From contig CAVYNH010000006.1 of NCBI GenBank assembly GCA_963769885.1, positions 576,001-640,000 of the forward strand: DNA of 64,000 nucleotides. The letters are read 5' to 3'. Origin of the DNA: Methanobacteriota archaeon (GTDB taxonomy: Archaea; Thermoplasmatota; E2; DHVEG-1). Under the pieces are notes generated by a model. The model did not search any database. It worked only from the letters and a program-made list of their open reading frames with translations, and was not told where the DNA came from. Positions within the stretch are counted from its first letter, which is position 1. Each line of letters starts with the position of its first letter. Made by a program: the position numbers and the translations under genes. Positions 28,481 through 38,230 of the stretch are shown here, one piece after another.

Positions 28481-28538
28481 AAAATAACATATTTGATATG
28501 AAAATTAGACTCACGTTTATATCACATTTGATATAAAC
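28481..28538. promoter_or_regulatory. Tandem TATATCA-N4-TGATATA palindromes
   Basis: gtttatatca-catt-tgatataaac at 28515-28538 (perfect 10-bp arms) plus a degenerate copy 35 bp upstream. Confidence 0.6.
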
Positions 28539-28555
28539 TATGATGGAGCCCCGCT

Positions 28556-29227
28556 ATGACCTATCCCTACAAACTCATCATCTTTGACATGGACGGCACG
28601 CTGCTGCAAGACCATTTTATCTATGCTTACGCCGCCCAATGCGGCTTCCGCCCCCGGCTGATGGAGCTCATGACCCGCACTCGGGCCGAGCCGTACCAAA
28701 CCAGCCTTGACGTCGCCCGACTCCTCACCGGCCGGGACAGCAAGGAGATGCTCTCCGTCTTTGAGACAATCCCCACCCAGGCGCACCTCCTGCTTCTCCT
28801 CGATGCCATTTCCCACGCAGGCATGAAGACCGCGATCGTCAGCGCCAGCTACCACTTTATCATCGAACGTCTCCGAGCCAAACTTAATCTGACGTATGGC
28901 TTTTCCAACACCCTCATCCTCGACAACGACATCGCGACCGGCGAGCTGCAGATTCATAACCAAGAAAAGATCCCGTACCGCGGCCGAGTCTATTCCATCA
29001 ACAAGGGTGAAATCCTTGCCGATTTATGCCGCAGGATGAACATCCAGCCTGCGGAAGTCATCGCGATTGGCGACGGTCCAATTGATCGCAGCATGATCGA
29101 AGCCGCCGGCCTCGGTGTCGCCTACAACGCTAGACCCGAAGTACAACAAGTCGCAAGTCTCAGTACAACAGACTTGCGCGAGATAATTCCCTATATTTTG
29201 GGTCAAAAACAGGGTGGGACCGTCTAG
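28556..29227 (+). CDS. HAD-family phosphatase, phosphoserine phosphatase-like
   Basis: IFDMDGTL, IVSAS, NKG and IGDGPID motifs. Confidence 0.85.
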   Translation: MTYPYKLIIFDMDGTLLQDHFIYAYAAQCGFRPRLMELMTRTRAEPYQTSLDVARLLTGRDSKEMLSVFETIPTQAHLLLLLDAISHAGMKTAIVSASYHFIIERLRAKLNLTYGFSNTLILDNDIATGELQIHNQEKIPYRGRVYSINKGEILADLCRRMNIQPAEVIAIGDGPIDRSMIEAAGLGVAYNARPEVQQVASLSTTDLREIIPYILGQKQGGTV

Positions 29228-29457
29228 TCTTCTTTATTCTTTCTCGCCAGGGATCGTGCATGCTGGCCGACGATAAACAACCGCGCGATAAACGTGATTT
29301 CATTCGCTTCCTCCTGACTTGAGGCCTGGCCGACGATCATCATCGACACCAAGGTTATCCTCAAGTATTAAAGCGTTTGTTGTACATCCCATACCAAGAT
29401 ATAAGTAAAGAAAAGAACCGAGAATGTAACTCTACCATCTTTGATATAAAAGAATGG

Positions 29458-32328
29458 CTACATCCATGAATCAAGTCCTTTCTGTTCGGTCGCCACCAAG
29501 TTCGAAAGCCCAAAGGCTCCTTGGATGTAGTTCTCAATCATTTTCTTGTACCACTCGAGGTCGATCTCACTGCGGTCCTTCAGCAAATCCACTGGATACA
29601 TGTAATCAATGGGCTTGACTCCGCTTTTCGATGGTTTCGGGATGCCGGGCAACGGTTTTTTTGTGACGACGAACCGCAATTTCATGCGCCCTCGAATTCG
29701 CTGTTTGAGAAGCTTCTCCAACGCCTCCGAGCGAACGCTGAACGCACTGCTTGAGCCGTTCTTCGTGGGCTTATATTGTCGCTCCGGCTGCACCGACTGA
29801 ATCAATGTCAGGTCATTGAGGTCGACTTTGCTGAGGTCTAGGCAGGCGATGGTCTCCTTCGTCGCTGACTTGATGCTGTTCTTGACTGCTGCGCGTGCCG
29901 TCTCCTCTTCGTCCCATTCGGGGTTCTCCAGCAGGACCCGGCGCATGATGTCCTCTAGGGCGATCCGTGCGATGTTCGCTTTGTCTGACCCCTTGAAATT
30001 GTTGCCCTTGGTCACCATCTCGACCTGGTTCTTGTACACATCAAAGATGAGGTAGTTCTTATGCTTCACGAAGATCATCGCGTCGTGGGTTTCGGCCTCT
30101 AACTCGAATTCCGGGTACTGCAGGAGACCTTGCCATTTCGTATTACAGTCTTTGATTGCCTGATACGCAGTCTGAGGTTTCGTAATCCATTTGCTTTCCT
30201 CAGGCTTCATGTCAAGGCCGAGGGCTGTGACGAACTCGGGGAGGTTACCTGCCGATTTCGAACAGCCAAGGTAGATGCCGTCAGTATCGCCGTAGACTAC
30301 CCGGATGCCCTGGGCATTGAGGGTGTGAAGGGTGTCGGCGAGGATCATCTGCCCACGGGTCGTGATCGCGGCAGCACCCCAGAGGTTGAACTGCCGGCCA
30401 CTGACCAACGGCGCGGCAAGGATCCCATGGGTCCCGGCGTTGCGTGCGCCTTTCATTGCTTGGTACATCATCTGGAGGCGGCTGAGGTCTGTGGTCTTGC
30501 CCTTGCTTTGGGCGGTTTTTAACTCGCGTTTGATGCCCTTAATCATGTTCATGATGCCAGTCATGGAGCGGTTGACGACGCCCGGGGCGCTGTCAATGCA
30601 GATGCCGATCATGACGCCGGTGTCCGCGTACGGGTCCTCGGGGCCGATGGGCCGCCAGAGGACGTCTGTGGTCTCCAGGAAGTTTTGGGGGATTTTTTTC
30701 AGCCAGACCCAGGCATCCGGCTTGTCGTCTCTCTTGGCGAGTTTGACGGTGTCGGCGCCGATGTTCATGGCTTTGAGGATGGTGGGGTACATGGCGCCGA
30801 CGTCGGCCACCACGACGTTGTACCAAGGGATAAAGTGGGATTTTGCCTCGGTGTCGGGTTTGAGAGTCATGCCGCCGGGCATATGGTAGTTGACCGATTC
30901 CTCGTCGTCATCAGAGGTGTGTTCCTTGTAGATGACGTGGGGGTATTGGACCCAGTCTGGCATCTCGTCGCCGTACTTGAGGACGCGGATGAAGTCTTTG
31001 CTGAGCTGGTCGCGTTTCTTGCGGGCTTCGCGGTCGATGTCTGTTTTGGTTCGGCATCCGGGGAGCTGGTGGACGAGGGTCTGGGCGATGGATTTGACGC
31101 GGCAGATGGGGGGCATGATTTTTTTGAGGTAGGCGCCGCGGAGCATCGCCATGTGGTCCCAGAGGTTGACAGCGCCGGCGGGCAGGACCATGTCGAAGGG
31201 CAGGCCGGTGGTGAAGGCCAACGGCAGACTTTGTTCGAGGAGGTTGATGGTGACGCCGAGTTGTTCTAGGATGTCGTGGCGGTTGTAGGCGAGCGTGCGG
31301 TCGTCGAGTTTGATTTCGTTGGGGGTGAGGTAGATGCGGTCTTTGATGGTGATGCCGAGGAAGGGGGCGAGGGCTTTGAGGCGGTAGTCGTCGAGGAAGG
31401 GGTAGAATTTGCGGGCGGCGACGTAGGTGTCGAAGCAGCTGGGGTAGAATTGGATGAGGTCGTTGCGCATGACGCCGTAGTGGAAGCTGCGGTCGGCGCG
31501 GCAGTGGGCGGTGGTGAAGGTGGTGAAGACTTGTTGTTCTTGTGTGGTGAGCTGGTCGGCGCAGTGTTGGAGGAGCCAGGTGATGCGGCCGTAGAGGTGG
31601 ACGTTGTCGAAGCTGAGGATGTTGTGGCCGGAGAGGATGTCGCAGGTTTGGAGTTGTGTGCAGAAGTCGTGGAGGTGGTGGATTTCTTCGTCGACCGTGG
31701 TGGCCATGGTCTGGGTGATGGGGATGTCGTTCCAGTATGGTGGGGGGGTCGGGATGTCGAACTGGAAGTCTTCGGCTTCGAGGTCGTGGTGGGAGGTGAT
31801 GGTGAGGGTGAAGGGGGCGTAGCCGATGATGTCGATGGGGACGTCGGTGCGTCCTTCTTGGTAGTTGATGGTTTCGATGTCGTAAACCATGATTTTGAGT
31901 GTTTTTTTCTGGGCGTGGGTGTCGAGGATCCAGGCTTTGTTTTGGGCGGCGAGGTCGAGGAGGGCGCGTTGTTGGTAGGGGATGTCGTGTTCGGCGGTGT
32001 TGAGGTGGCAGTCGAAGTAGAGGTAGTCGCTGATTTCTGGGACGAGGTAGGATTCGGTGGTGTAGACTTTGAAGACGTCGCGTGTTTTGGTGTAGTCGCT
32101 GAAGCTGCGGTAGGGTTCGGGGTCGCCGATGTCGGTGATTTTGCTGAGTTTGGGGTGGGTGTCGCGTTGTTGTATCCAGGCTTTGTGGAGGGCGGCGCGG
32201 GCGGCTTCGGTTTTGTTGTCTGGGGCGTAGGCGAGGAAGTAGGGGCGGTGGAGGTCGCGGAGTGGTCGGGGTGGCGTGTTCTGGTAGTAGAGGAATTCTG
32301 GGGATGCCCCGAGGAGAAGATCTGTCAT
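29458..32328 (-). CDS. polB: Family B DNA polymerase with divergent motifs and a C-terminal PIP box
   Basis: Exonuclease motifs YDIET, GHNILSFD and YNRHD; polymerase motifs DVGAMYP, YGDTDG and KHKNY; C-terminal QKGLDSWM. Confidence 0.9.
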   Translation of the reverse strand: MTDLLLGASPEFLYYQNTPPRPLRDLHRPYFLAYAPDNKTEAARAALHKAWIQQRDTHPKLSKITDIGDPEPYRSFSDYTKTRDVFKVYTTESYLVPEISDYLYFDCHLNTAEHDIPYQQRALLDLAAQNKAWILDTHAQKKTLKIMVYDIETINYQEGRTDVPIDIIGYAPFTLTITSHHDLEAEDFQFDIPTPPPYWNDIPITQTMATTVDEEIHHLHDFCTQLQTCDILSGHNILSFDNVHLYGRITWLLQHCADQLTTQEQQVFTTFTTAHCRADRSFHYGVMRNDLIQFYPSCFDTYVAARKFYPFLDDYRLKALAPFLGITIKDRIYLTPNEIKLDDRTLAYNRHDILEQLGVTINLLEQSLPLAFTTGLPFDMVLPAGAVNLWDHMAMLRGAYLKKIMPPICRVKSIAQTLVHQLPGCRTKTDIDREARKKRDQLSKDFIRVLKYGDEMPDWVQYPHVIYKEHTSDDDEESVNYHMPGGMTLKPDTEAKSHFIPWYNVVVADVGAMYPTILKAMNIGADTVKLAKRDDKPDAWVWLKKIPQNFLETTDVLWRPIGPEDPYADTGVMIGICIDSAPGVVNRSMTGIMNMIKGIKRELKTAQSKGKTTDLSRLQMMYQAMKGARNAGTHGILAAPLVSGRQFNLWGAAAITTRGQMILADTLHTLNAQGIRVVYGDTDGIYLGCSKSAGNLPEFVTALGLDMKPEESKWITKPQTAYQAIKDCNTKWQGLLQYPEFELEAETHDAMIFVKHKNYLIFDVYKNQVEMVTKGNNFKGSDKANIARIALEDIMRRVLLENPEWDEEETARAAVKNSIKSATKETIACLDLSKVDLNDLTLIQSVQPERQYKPTKNGSSSAFSVRSEALEKLLKQRIRGRMKLRFVVTKKPLPGIPKPSKSGVKPIDYMYPVDLLKDRSEIDLEWYKKMIENYIQGAFGLSNLVATEQKGLDSWM

Positions 32329-32442
32329 GGTGTCGTTTTTACCTCCCTGAAAGTGGTGTGGGGTAATGTGTTGTATCTACTTAAACCTTCGAAGGGGGGG
32401 TTTATTAAGGTGGATGTGGGTCAGTGGTGCGGTGTTGGTTTT

Positions 32443-33447
32443 ATGGTGACGCAGGTGGCGTTTTCGACGGCGTTTGATGCGCATGATACGGCGGATCATC
32501 CGGAGAATGCGGATCGGACGGCGGTGATGATGGATGAGTTGTCGTCGTCGCCGTTGTCCTCGTTTGTTTTGATGGTGGCGCCGGAGATTTTGCCGGAGTG
32601 GCTGTTGTATGAGGTGCATTCCGCGGAGATGGTTGAGCGGGTGAAGGAGGCGAGTGTGGAGGGGAGCTGGATTGATTTGGATACGTATGTGTCGAAGGGG
32701 GATGATGTGACGGCCAGGCTTGCGGCTGGGGCGGTCTTAGCCTTGTGTGAAAATGTGGTGGGTGGTCGGGCGTCGAATGGTTATGGGGTGGTGCGGCCGC
32801 CGGGGCATCATGCGTCGGGGGAGCGGTCGATGGGGTTCTGTTTGTTCAACAATGCGGCGTTGGCGGCGCATGCGCTGTCAAAGCGGGGGAAGCGGGTGTT
32901 GTTGTTTGATCATGATGTGCATCATGGGAATGGAACGGAGTCGATTTTCTACCGCCGCCGTGATGTCATGTATATGTCGTTTCATCTGTCGCCGCATTAT
33001 CCGGGGACGGGGAGCGTGCAGGAGGTCGGGGAGGGGGCGGGCTGTGGGTATACGGTGAATGCGCCGTTGGGGTTCGGGATGGGGGACGAGGCTGTGCGGC
33101 GGTTGTTCGACGAGGTGTTCATCCCGGTGGCGCGGCAGTTCAAGCCGGACCTGATCATCGTGTCCGCTGGGTATGATTCGCATCACACGGATCCGCTGGG
33201 GGGTCTGCGGTTGACCGCGGGCTTCTTTGGGGAGATGATCCGGCGGTTGATGGAGGTGCAGCCGCGTCTGGTCTGCACGTTGGAAGGAGGGTATAACTTG
33301 GCGTGGATCGGGCGGTGTTTCCTGTCGCAGCTCGGGGTGCTGACGGGTCGTCCTCAGGTGTTTGAAGACGAGGCTGTTGGCACGGGTAACGTGAAGCCTT
33401 TGATCAGGGATATAAAAAATGCGTTGTCGCCGTATTGGCGGGTTTAG
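32443..33447 (+). CDS. Histone deacetylase family (Zn-dependent deacetylase) protein
   Basis: HPE..DR, RPPGHHA, GFCLFNN, DHDVHHGNG, SAGYD..H..D and LEGGY motifs; start taken at ATG 32443. Confidence 0.92.
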   Translation: MVTQVAFSTAFDAHDTADHPENADRTAVMMDELSSSPLSSFVLMVAPEILPEWLLYEVHSAEMVERVKEASVEGSWIDLDTYVSKGDDVTARLAAGAVLALCENVVGGRASNGYGVVRPPGHHASGERSMGFCLFNNAALAAHALSKRGKRVLLFDHDVHHGNGTESIFYRRRDVMYMSFHLSPHYPGTGSVQEVGEGAGCGYTVNAPLGFGMGDEAVRRLFDEVFIPVARQFKPDLIIVSAGYDSHHTDPLGGLRLTAGFFGEMIRRLMEVQPRLVCTLEGGYNLAWIGRCFLSQLGVLTGRPQVFEDEAVGTGNVKPLIRDIKNALSPYWRV

Positions 33448-33743
33448 TCAAAGATCATGCCCATACCGGTGGCGGCTTCGTTTTCTTCCTGCTTGATTTT
33501 ATCGTTGATTTCTTTTGCTTTTTTTTCAGGGACAGTGGCGAAGCCGAGTTCTTTGGCGACTGCTTCTGCGTGTTTGACGCCTTCGGGGCTTCCTTCGATT
33601 TGAACGTATGTAACGTCTTCTTTGATGCCGAGTGCTTTGGCGTCGCGGATCACGATGCTTTGGCGGCTAGTCATGTCGTCTTTGAGCAGGTCCTGGATTT
33701 TCGCGGTATCCGGGGTTTTGACTTCGAAGATGACGAACGGCAT
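33444..33743 (-). CDS. Small hypothetical protein
   Basis: 99-aa ORF with plausible composition ending AATGMGMIFD; overlaps the deacetylase stop. Confidence 0.7.
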   Translation of the reverse strand: MPFVIFEVKTPDTAKIQDLLKDDMTSRQSIVIRDAKALGIKEDVTYVQIEGSPEGVKHAEAVAKELGFATVPEKKAKEINDKIKQEENEAATGMGMIFD

Positions 33744-33786
33744 GGTGTCTCACTGTCCTGTGGGCATACCGTTCCGATATTTAAAA

Positions 33787-34248
33787 TTACCCATGACGGG
33801 CAGGGGTTCCGTCGGGATGGATTTCGTGATGTCGGATCCGGGTGGAGCTGATCGGCCGGCCGTCCGCGGCGAGGACGAAAGGGATTTCAACGATTCGGAG
33901 GGGTGGTTTTCCGTGCTGCTGCCGAAGCCTGTTGATGTGCTCCGCCGTGGTGCGGGTGTCCGGGGAGACGACGATGGCGTCGAGGTCTGCATCGACAGCA
34001 GGACCATACGCGTCAGTCAGAGGGACCATAGTCACTGAGACGTCGGTCCCCTGCTCCTCGATGAACGCGGTGAGCCGGGCGACCCGCTCATGGTAGGGGG
34101 CAGGCGTGCCTTTGCCCGCGATGAACTCGTCCGTCGTGACGCCGATGAGGAGGCTCCCGGCGGAGCCGGCTAGCTGCAGCGCGGTGCGAAGCAGCCGCTG
34201 ATGACCCGCATGGAAGAAGTCAAAGGTGCCCCCGAGGCAGACGCGCAT
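33787..34248 (-). CDS. coaD: Archaeal phosphopantetheine adenylyltransferase
   Basis: GGTFD.FHAGH, GVTTDEF, D.YGP, IVVS and ISSTRIR motifs. Confidence 0.9.
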   Translation of the reverse strand: MRVCLGGTFDFFHAGHQRLLRTALQLAGSAGSLLIGVTTDEFIAGKGTPAPYHERVARLTAFIEEQGTDVSVTMVPLTDAYGPAVDADLDAIVVSPDTRTTAEHINRLRQQHGKPPLRIVEIPFVLAADGRPISSTRIRHHEIHPDGTPARHG

Positions 34249-34362
34249 CGAAATTCTCCTCCGGCATTCACCAGCCTGCTAATAAGGTTGGCGCCGCCCC
34301 CCTGTTTGGTCTGAAGAAAACTATTTAATTCGACTATGGGATATCAGCCTTGGATGGGACCT

Positions 34363-36465
34363 ATGCACACACAACGCTTCGTTATCGTTTTACTCCTGGG
34401 GCTATTGCTCGTACAAAGCATCGCCACGCTCGTCCAGGAACCTCTCCGGGCCGCCAGCCGAGAGATCTATGTGGATGACACGTTACACTTGGACCAGGAC
34501 GGGACCGCCGAGCATCCCTACCGCTTCATCAGAGACGCCATCGCGGCTGCCAACGACGGGGACACGATCTACCTCTTCGGCGGCGTCTACAACGAAAGCA
34601 TCACCGTCACCAAACACGTCTCCCTCATCGGCAGTATCGACGAAGGCATTACAATCATCGACTACACCTACCCCCACGACTACACCGTCAGCATCGAGAC
34701 CAACTTCGCAAGCCTGGAGAACATCACGGTCAGAGACAGCCTCAACTACCTCACCAACCCCAACGACGCCCTGATCCGCGTCGCCGCCCACAGCGTCATC
34801 CTCCAGAAAAACACCTGCAACCAGTCCACCTGCTGGGGCATCCTCCTGGACCACGCCGGCGACAACACCATCGTCGGCAACACCGTCAACATCACCAAAG
34901 GCATCTCCGTCCAATACTCAGACAACAACGTCTTCTCCGACAACATCCTCCTCAACGCGACCAATACCGGCATCACAATCCTCAACTCAAACCACAACAT
35001 CCTCTTCAACAACCGGTTCGAGAACTGCAGCTACGGCATCTACACCCGCACCACCCAATACTCGAACATCAGCAACAACACCCTGATAAACATCAGCCTC
35101 GACGGCATCTACCTCAACCAAGACCAGGGGTCCCTCCTGAAGAACAACACGATTATGCACACCACCATTGGAATGCGACTCACCTCGACGGGCGCCACTA
35201 TCAAATGGAACACCCTTGACAAAAACCAGATGGGCATGTCCCTGACCCTCACCGACAGCCTCGTCATCGGCAACCGAGTCAAGAACTCCAGCTCCACCGG
35301 CATGGCGGTCGACGTCTGGAGCCACGGCAACCTCTTCACCGAGAACCACCTCAACAACAACACCCCCAACGCCCGAGACGATGGAGGCAACGCCTGGAAC
35401 AACGACAGCCACGGCAACTACTGGGGTGACTACAACAACATCGACCTCAACCACGACACCATCGGCGACGTCCCCTACCGTTTCACCACTGGCCGAGATG
35501 AGTTCCCGCTCGGCGACTTCCTCAAAGCCCCACAGAAACCCTGCCGCCCCTCCCCCGCGGACGACAAAGAAAACATCGGCCTGAAAGTCACCCTCTACGT
35601 CCACGTCAACGACACCGACAGCCCCTTCCTCACCGTCAGCTTCTTTAACGCGGCGAACGACCAGAAACTCGGAACCGCCCGCTACGTGAGGAACAATACC
35701 AACGCCTCCTGCTTATACATCCTACCATTCGACACCACCTTTGCCTGGTACGCAATCTCCAACGACTCCATGCAAGAAAACCGGTCGAACATCTGGTTCT
35801 TTACGACCCGCCAGCGCCCGCCATTGAACAAAAAACCGATCGCCGACCCCGGCGGACCGTACCGGGTGCGAAGGGACCAGCTCTTTGCCTTTGACGGGTC
35901 GGGCAGCTACGACCCCGATTCGAACGCGTCGCTCCTGTTCTATCGGTGGAACTTTGGGGACGGCACCAGCGAGATTCTCGCGAAAAACCCTGTGCATAAT
36001 TACACCAAAACCGGACTCTACACCGTGACCTTGACCGTCGTTGATGTGGACGGCCGTAGCAACTTCTCTACGACAACGGTGACCGTAGCCGGCAACCTGT
36101 CTGAAAACCTGCCACCAGTTGCGGTCATCGCAGCGGTCCCTCACTTCTTGACGAACCAACTGGTGCTGTTCAACGCCTCCGGCAGCTACGACACTGATGG
36201 GACGGTTGTCGCCTACCACTGGGATTTCAATGGGGACGGCGTCTATGAGACTGACTGGAACTCTGCTCCCTACGGGTCGTATGTGTTTTCGAAAGCCGGC
36301 AGCTATACTGTCGTCCTTCAGGTCAAAGATGACACGGGGACGGTGACGACGGCGAACGCAGCGGCGGTAGTCGCGGCGCCGCCGAAGAAGACCCCGGGAT
36401 TTGAGGTCGCGGGGGTGCTAGCGGCGACCGCGGTTGCCTTGGTGTTGCTTCGAAAAAGGAAATAG
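34363..36465 (+). CDS. Surface protein: beta-helix (NosD-like), two PKD domains and PGF-CTERM
   Basis: YVDD...GTAEHPY, GNYWGD, WNFGDG and WDFNGDG; KKTPGFE, transmembrane segment and RKRK tail. Confidence 0.88.
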   Translation: MHTQRFVIVLLLGLLLVQSIATLVQEPLRAASREIYVDDTLHLDQDGTAEHPYRFIRDAIAAANDGDTIYLFGGVYNESITVTKHVSLIGSIDEGITIIDYTYPHDYTVSIETNFASLENITVRDSLNYLTNPNDALIRVAAHSVILQKNTCNQSTCWGILLDHAGDNTIVGNTVNITKGISVQYSDNNVFSDNILLNATNTGITILNSNHNILFNNRFENCSYGIYTRTTQYSNISNNTLINISLDGIYLNQDQGSLLKNNTIMHTTIGMRLTSTGATIKWNTLDKNQMGMSLTLTDSLVIGNRVKNSSSTGMAVDVWSHGNLFTENHLNNNTPNARDDGGNAWNNDSHGNYWGDYNNIDLNHDTIGDVPYRFTTGRDEFPLGDFLKAPQKPCRPSPADDKENIGLKVTLYVHVNDTDSPFLTVSFFNAANDQKLGTARYVRNNTNASCLYILPFDTTFAWYAISNDSMQENRSNIWFFTTRQRPPLNKKPIADPGGPYRVRRDQLFAFDGSGSYDPDSNASLLFYRWNFGDGTSEILAKNPVHNYTKTGLYTVTLTVVDVDGRSNFSTTTVTVAGNLSENLPPVAVIAAVPHFLTNQLVLFNASGSYDTDGTVVAYHWDFNGDGVYETDWNSAPYGSYVFSKAGSYTVVLQVKDDTGTVTTANAAAVVAAPPKKTPGFEVAGVLAATAVALVLLRKRK

Positions 36466-36517
36466 GCGTCGAATAAGGTATTTATAGGTCGGAGGTCAGC
36501 CTCTCGTGTAGAGATAC

Positions 36518-37135
36518 ATGAGAGATCGTGTGCTGTCCTCTGTCCTGCTCCTTGCTGGCGTGGCCGGGGTCCTCGTTCCTGTGACGTTGTTCCTCGGCGT
36601 CGTGTTCGCGCTGCAGGCTGCCCCGTGGTTTTCGTGGACGGTGAACGCGATCAGCGATCTGGGTATCGCCCCTGGCTCCTGCCTGCTTTTTAACGGGACG
36701 ATGGTCTGTACCGGTGTGCTTCTGTTCCTGTTTTCCATAGGTATCCGATTGCGGGTTTCTCGGATTGGGGGGATGATATTGGGTCTTGCCGCCGTCCTGC
36801 TTGTTGGGGTCGGGTTCGTTCCTGAGTCGATCTATTGGGTTCACTGGCTGATTTCAGTGTCGTTCTTCCTTCTGCTCGTTGGTGTTTTTCTTTTCCTCTG
36901 GTTCCATCCCTCCGTCGGAGATCAGGTGTTCGTGAAAAGCTCGCGGGGGGTGTCCTGTATCGCCCTGGTCGCGACCGGGTGGTTCTGGTTGTTCCCTGGC
37001 GCCGCCATCCCCGAGATCTGCGTGTTAGCCCCTGCCTTCCTCTGGTGCGCGGGCGTTGGTGCCAAGACCTTTATCTTGCCGGCCCTGTCTGAGAAGAGGA
37101 CCCGTAGGCACAAAACGCCGGCTGTCAGCGGCTGA
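36518..37135 (+). CDS. DUF998-like membrane protein
   Basis: PWFSW..NAISDLG, FN, GVGFVPE and AIPE motifs; multiple transmembrane segments. Confidence 0.75.
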   Translation: MRDRVLSSVLLLAGVAGVLVPVTLFLGVVFALQAAPWFSWTVNAISDLGIAPGSCLLFNGTMVCTGVLLFLFSIGIRLRVSRIGGMILGLAAVLLVGVGFVPESIYWVHWLISVSFFLLLVGVFLFLWFHPSVGDQVFVKSSRGVSCIALVATGWFWLFPGAAIPEICVLAPAFLWCAGVGAKTFILPALSEKRTRRHKTPAVSG

Positions 37136-37352
37136 ACAATCAACCGCAGGCTTGACTGGTTTTCGGGTGGTCGGGAACGTTGCAATGCAATCGATTCCGA
37201 CCAGGAAGCTAGGATAGAATGAAGTTAATCAAGCATAACTCCCAGGACAATGGGTAGGGATGACCTGCATTCTACCCTTCTCTTTTTACCTGCTTCTGTA
37301 GCTAGAAGAGGACCCGCAGGCACAGCACGCCCGCAATCACCGGCTGGTGAAT
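37092..37352. repeat. Degenerate 49-bp direct repeat (37092-37140 and 37304-37352)
   Basis: 39/49 identical; a copy of the 3' end of the 37302-38063 gene. Confidence 0.75.
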
Positions 37353-38063
37353 AAGATAAATCGAGAGGGTATGCCGTCCGCACCAGGAGCAGAACTTCGC
37401 AGGACTGGAGCCTGACAGCTCCGGGATTCTGAACTGCCTGGTATTGTTCTTATACAGCAGACTGCCGATAGCGACGCCCAGCATCGTGACCCCAAACCAG
37501 GGGAGCAGTGGGAAGTAGTCAATGGTATGTCTCATGACGTCCGCTTGGTGCAGGCCGACCATCAATTGAAGGTAGTTCGGTGCCAGGACGGTGATGTTTC
37601 CCAGAACGATGCCCGCGGCGATGCAGGGCAGCGCCACGAGGATCGCCTTCTCCCGCAGCCACAGCAGCGGGATGCTCAGCAGGATGGAGCAGCCGATGCA
37701 GTGCAGCACGCCGAAGAAGATCGGCCGGTCCGGCATGACCACGAGGGTCGCCAGGGAGAGGGCCATCCCCAAGCCAAGGATGTACAACCCGCGGGTCGCC
37801 ATCTTCCAGGTCTTCTTCCGACGCTGTTCGGCCGTGAGATCCCCGGTGTTGGCCTTCAGCGACTGGCAGACGCCGACGATGGAGAAGAAGAGGACTTGGA
37901 CGATTACGTTGGACTGGTAGAATCCGGTATTGAGCTTCAGGATGCCGAAATAATCCAGGTCCCACATGAGATGCAACAGGATCATGAACATGAGGGCGAA
38001 CCCTCGGAGGACGTCAAGCTCGATGAAGCGGGTTGACGACGGCTTCGTGATCTTCCAGGGCAC
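37302..38063 (-). CDS. DUF1624 / heparan-alpha-glucosaminide N-acetyltransferase-like membrane protein
   Basis: RFIELDVLRG, FGVLHCIG, DYFPLLPW and GRHTL.IYLIHQP motifs. Confidence 0.85.
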   Translation of the reverse strand: MPWKITKPSSTRFIELDVLRGFALMFMILLHLMWDLDYFGILKLNTGFYQSNVIVQVLFFSIVGVCQSLKANTGDLTAEQRRKKTWKMATRGLYILGLGMALSLATLVVMPDRPIFFGVLHCIGCSILLSIPLLWLREKAILVALPCIAAGIVLGNITVLAPNYLQLMVGLHQADVMRHTIDYFPLLPWFGVTMLGVAIGSLLYKNNTRQFRIPELSGSSPAKFCSWCGRHTLSIYLIHQPVIAGVLCLRVLF

Positions 38064-38230
38064 GGTGCTCTTCTCACCTCTCCAAAGGCTGTTGCCTGTT
38101 AACTTGTGTCATTGAGGGTATTTAAGCATGCCCTGACAGAATCACAGAACGACCACAACACCGTCCTCTAGCACTTACTCAAAAAACAGAGAATAGATCC
38201 TTAGATACCAGGGAAGAAAAAAAGGATGAG

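Noticed and set aside
28515-28538. Chromosomal dif site
   Set aside because: As I recall the Thermococcales dif consensus (GATATAA-N6-TTATATC), the arms here are in the opposite order, and the motif is multi-copy; not called as dif.
29458-32328. Intein, inactivated PolB2 or casposon polymerase
   Set aside because: No intein splice motifs or LAGLIDADG blocks were seen, catalytic Asp residues are intact, and no cas1 or terminal inverted repeats lie nearby.
31276-32442. Long N-terminal extension of the 723-aa deacetylase ORF
   Set aside because: It is the antisense shadow of polB in G/T-rich DNA; deacetylase-like sequence starts at about ATG 32443.
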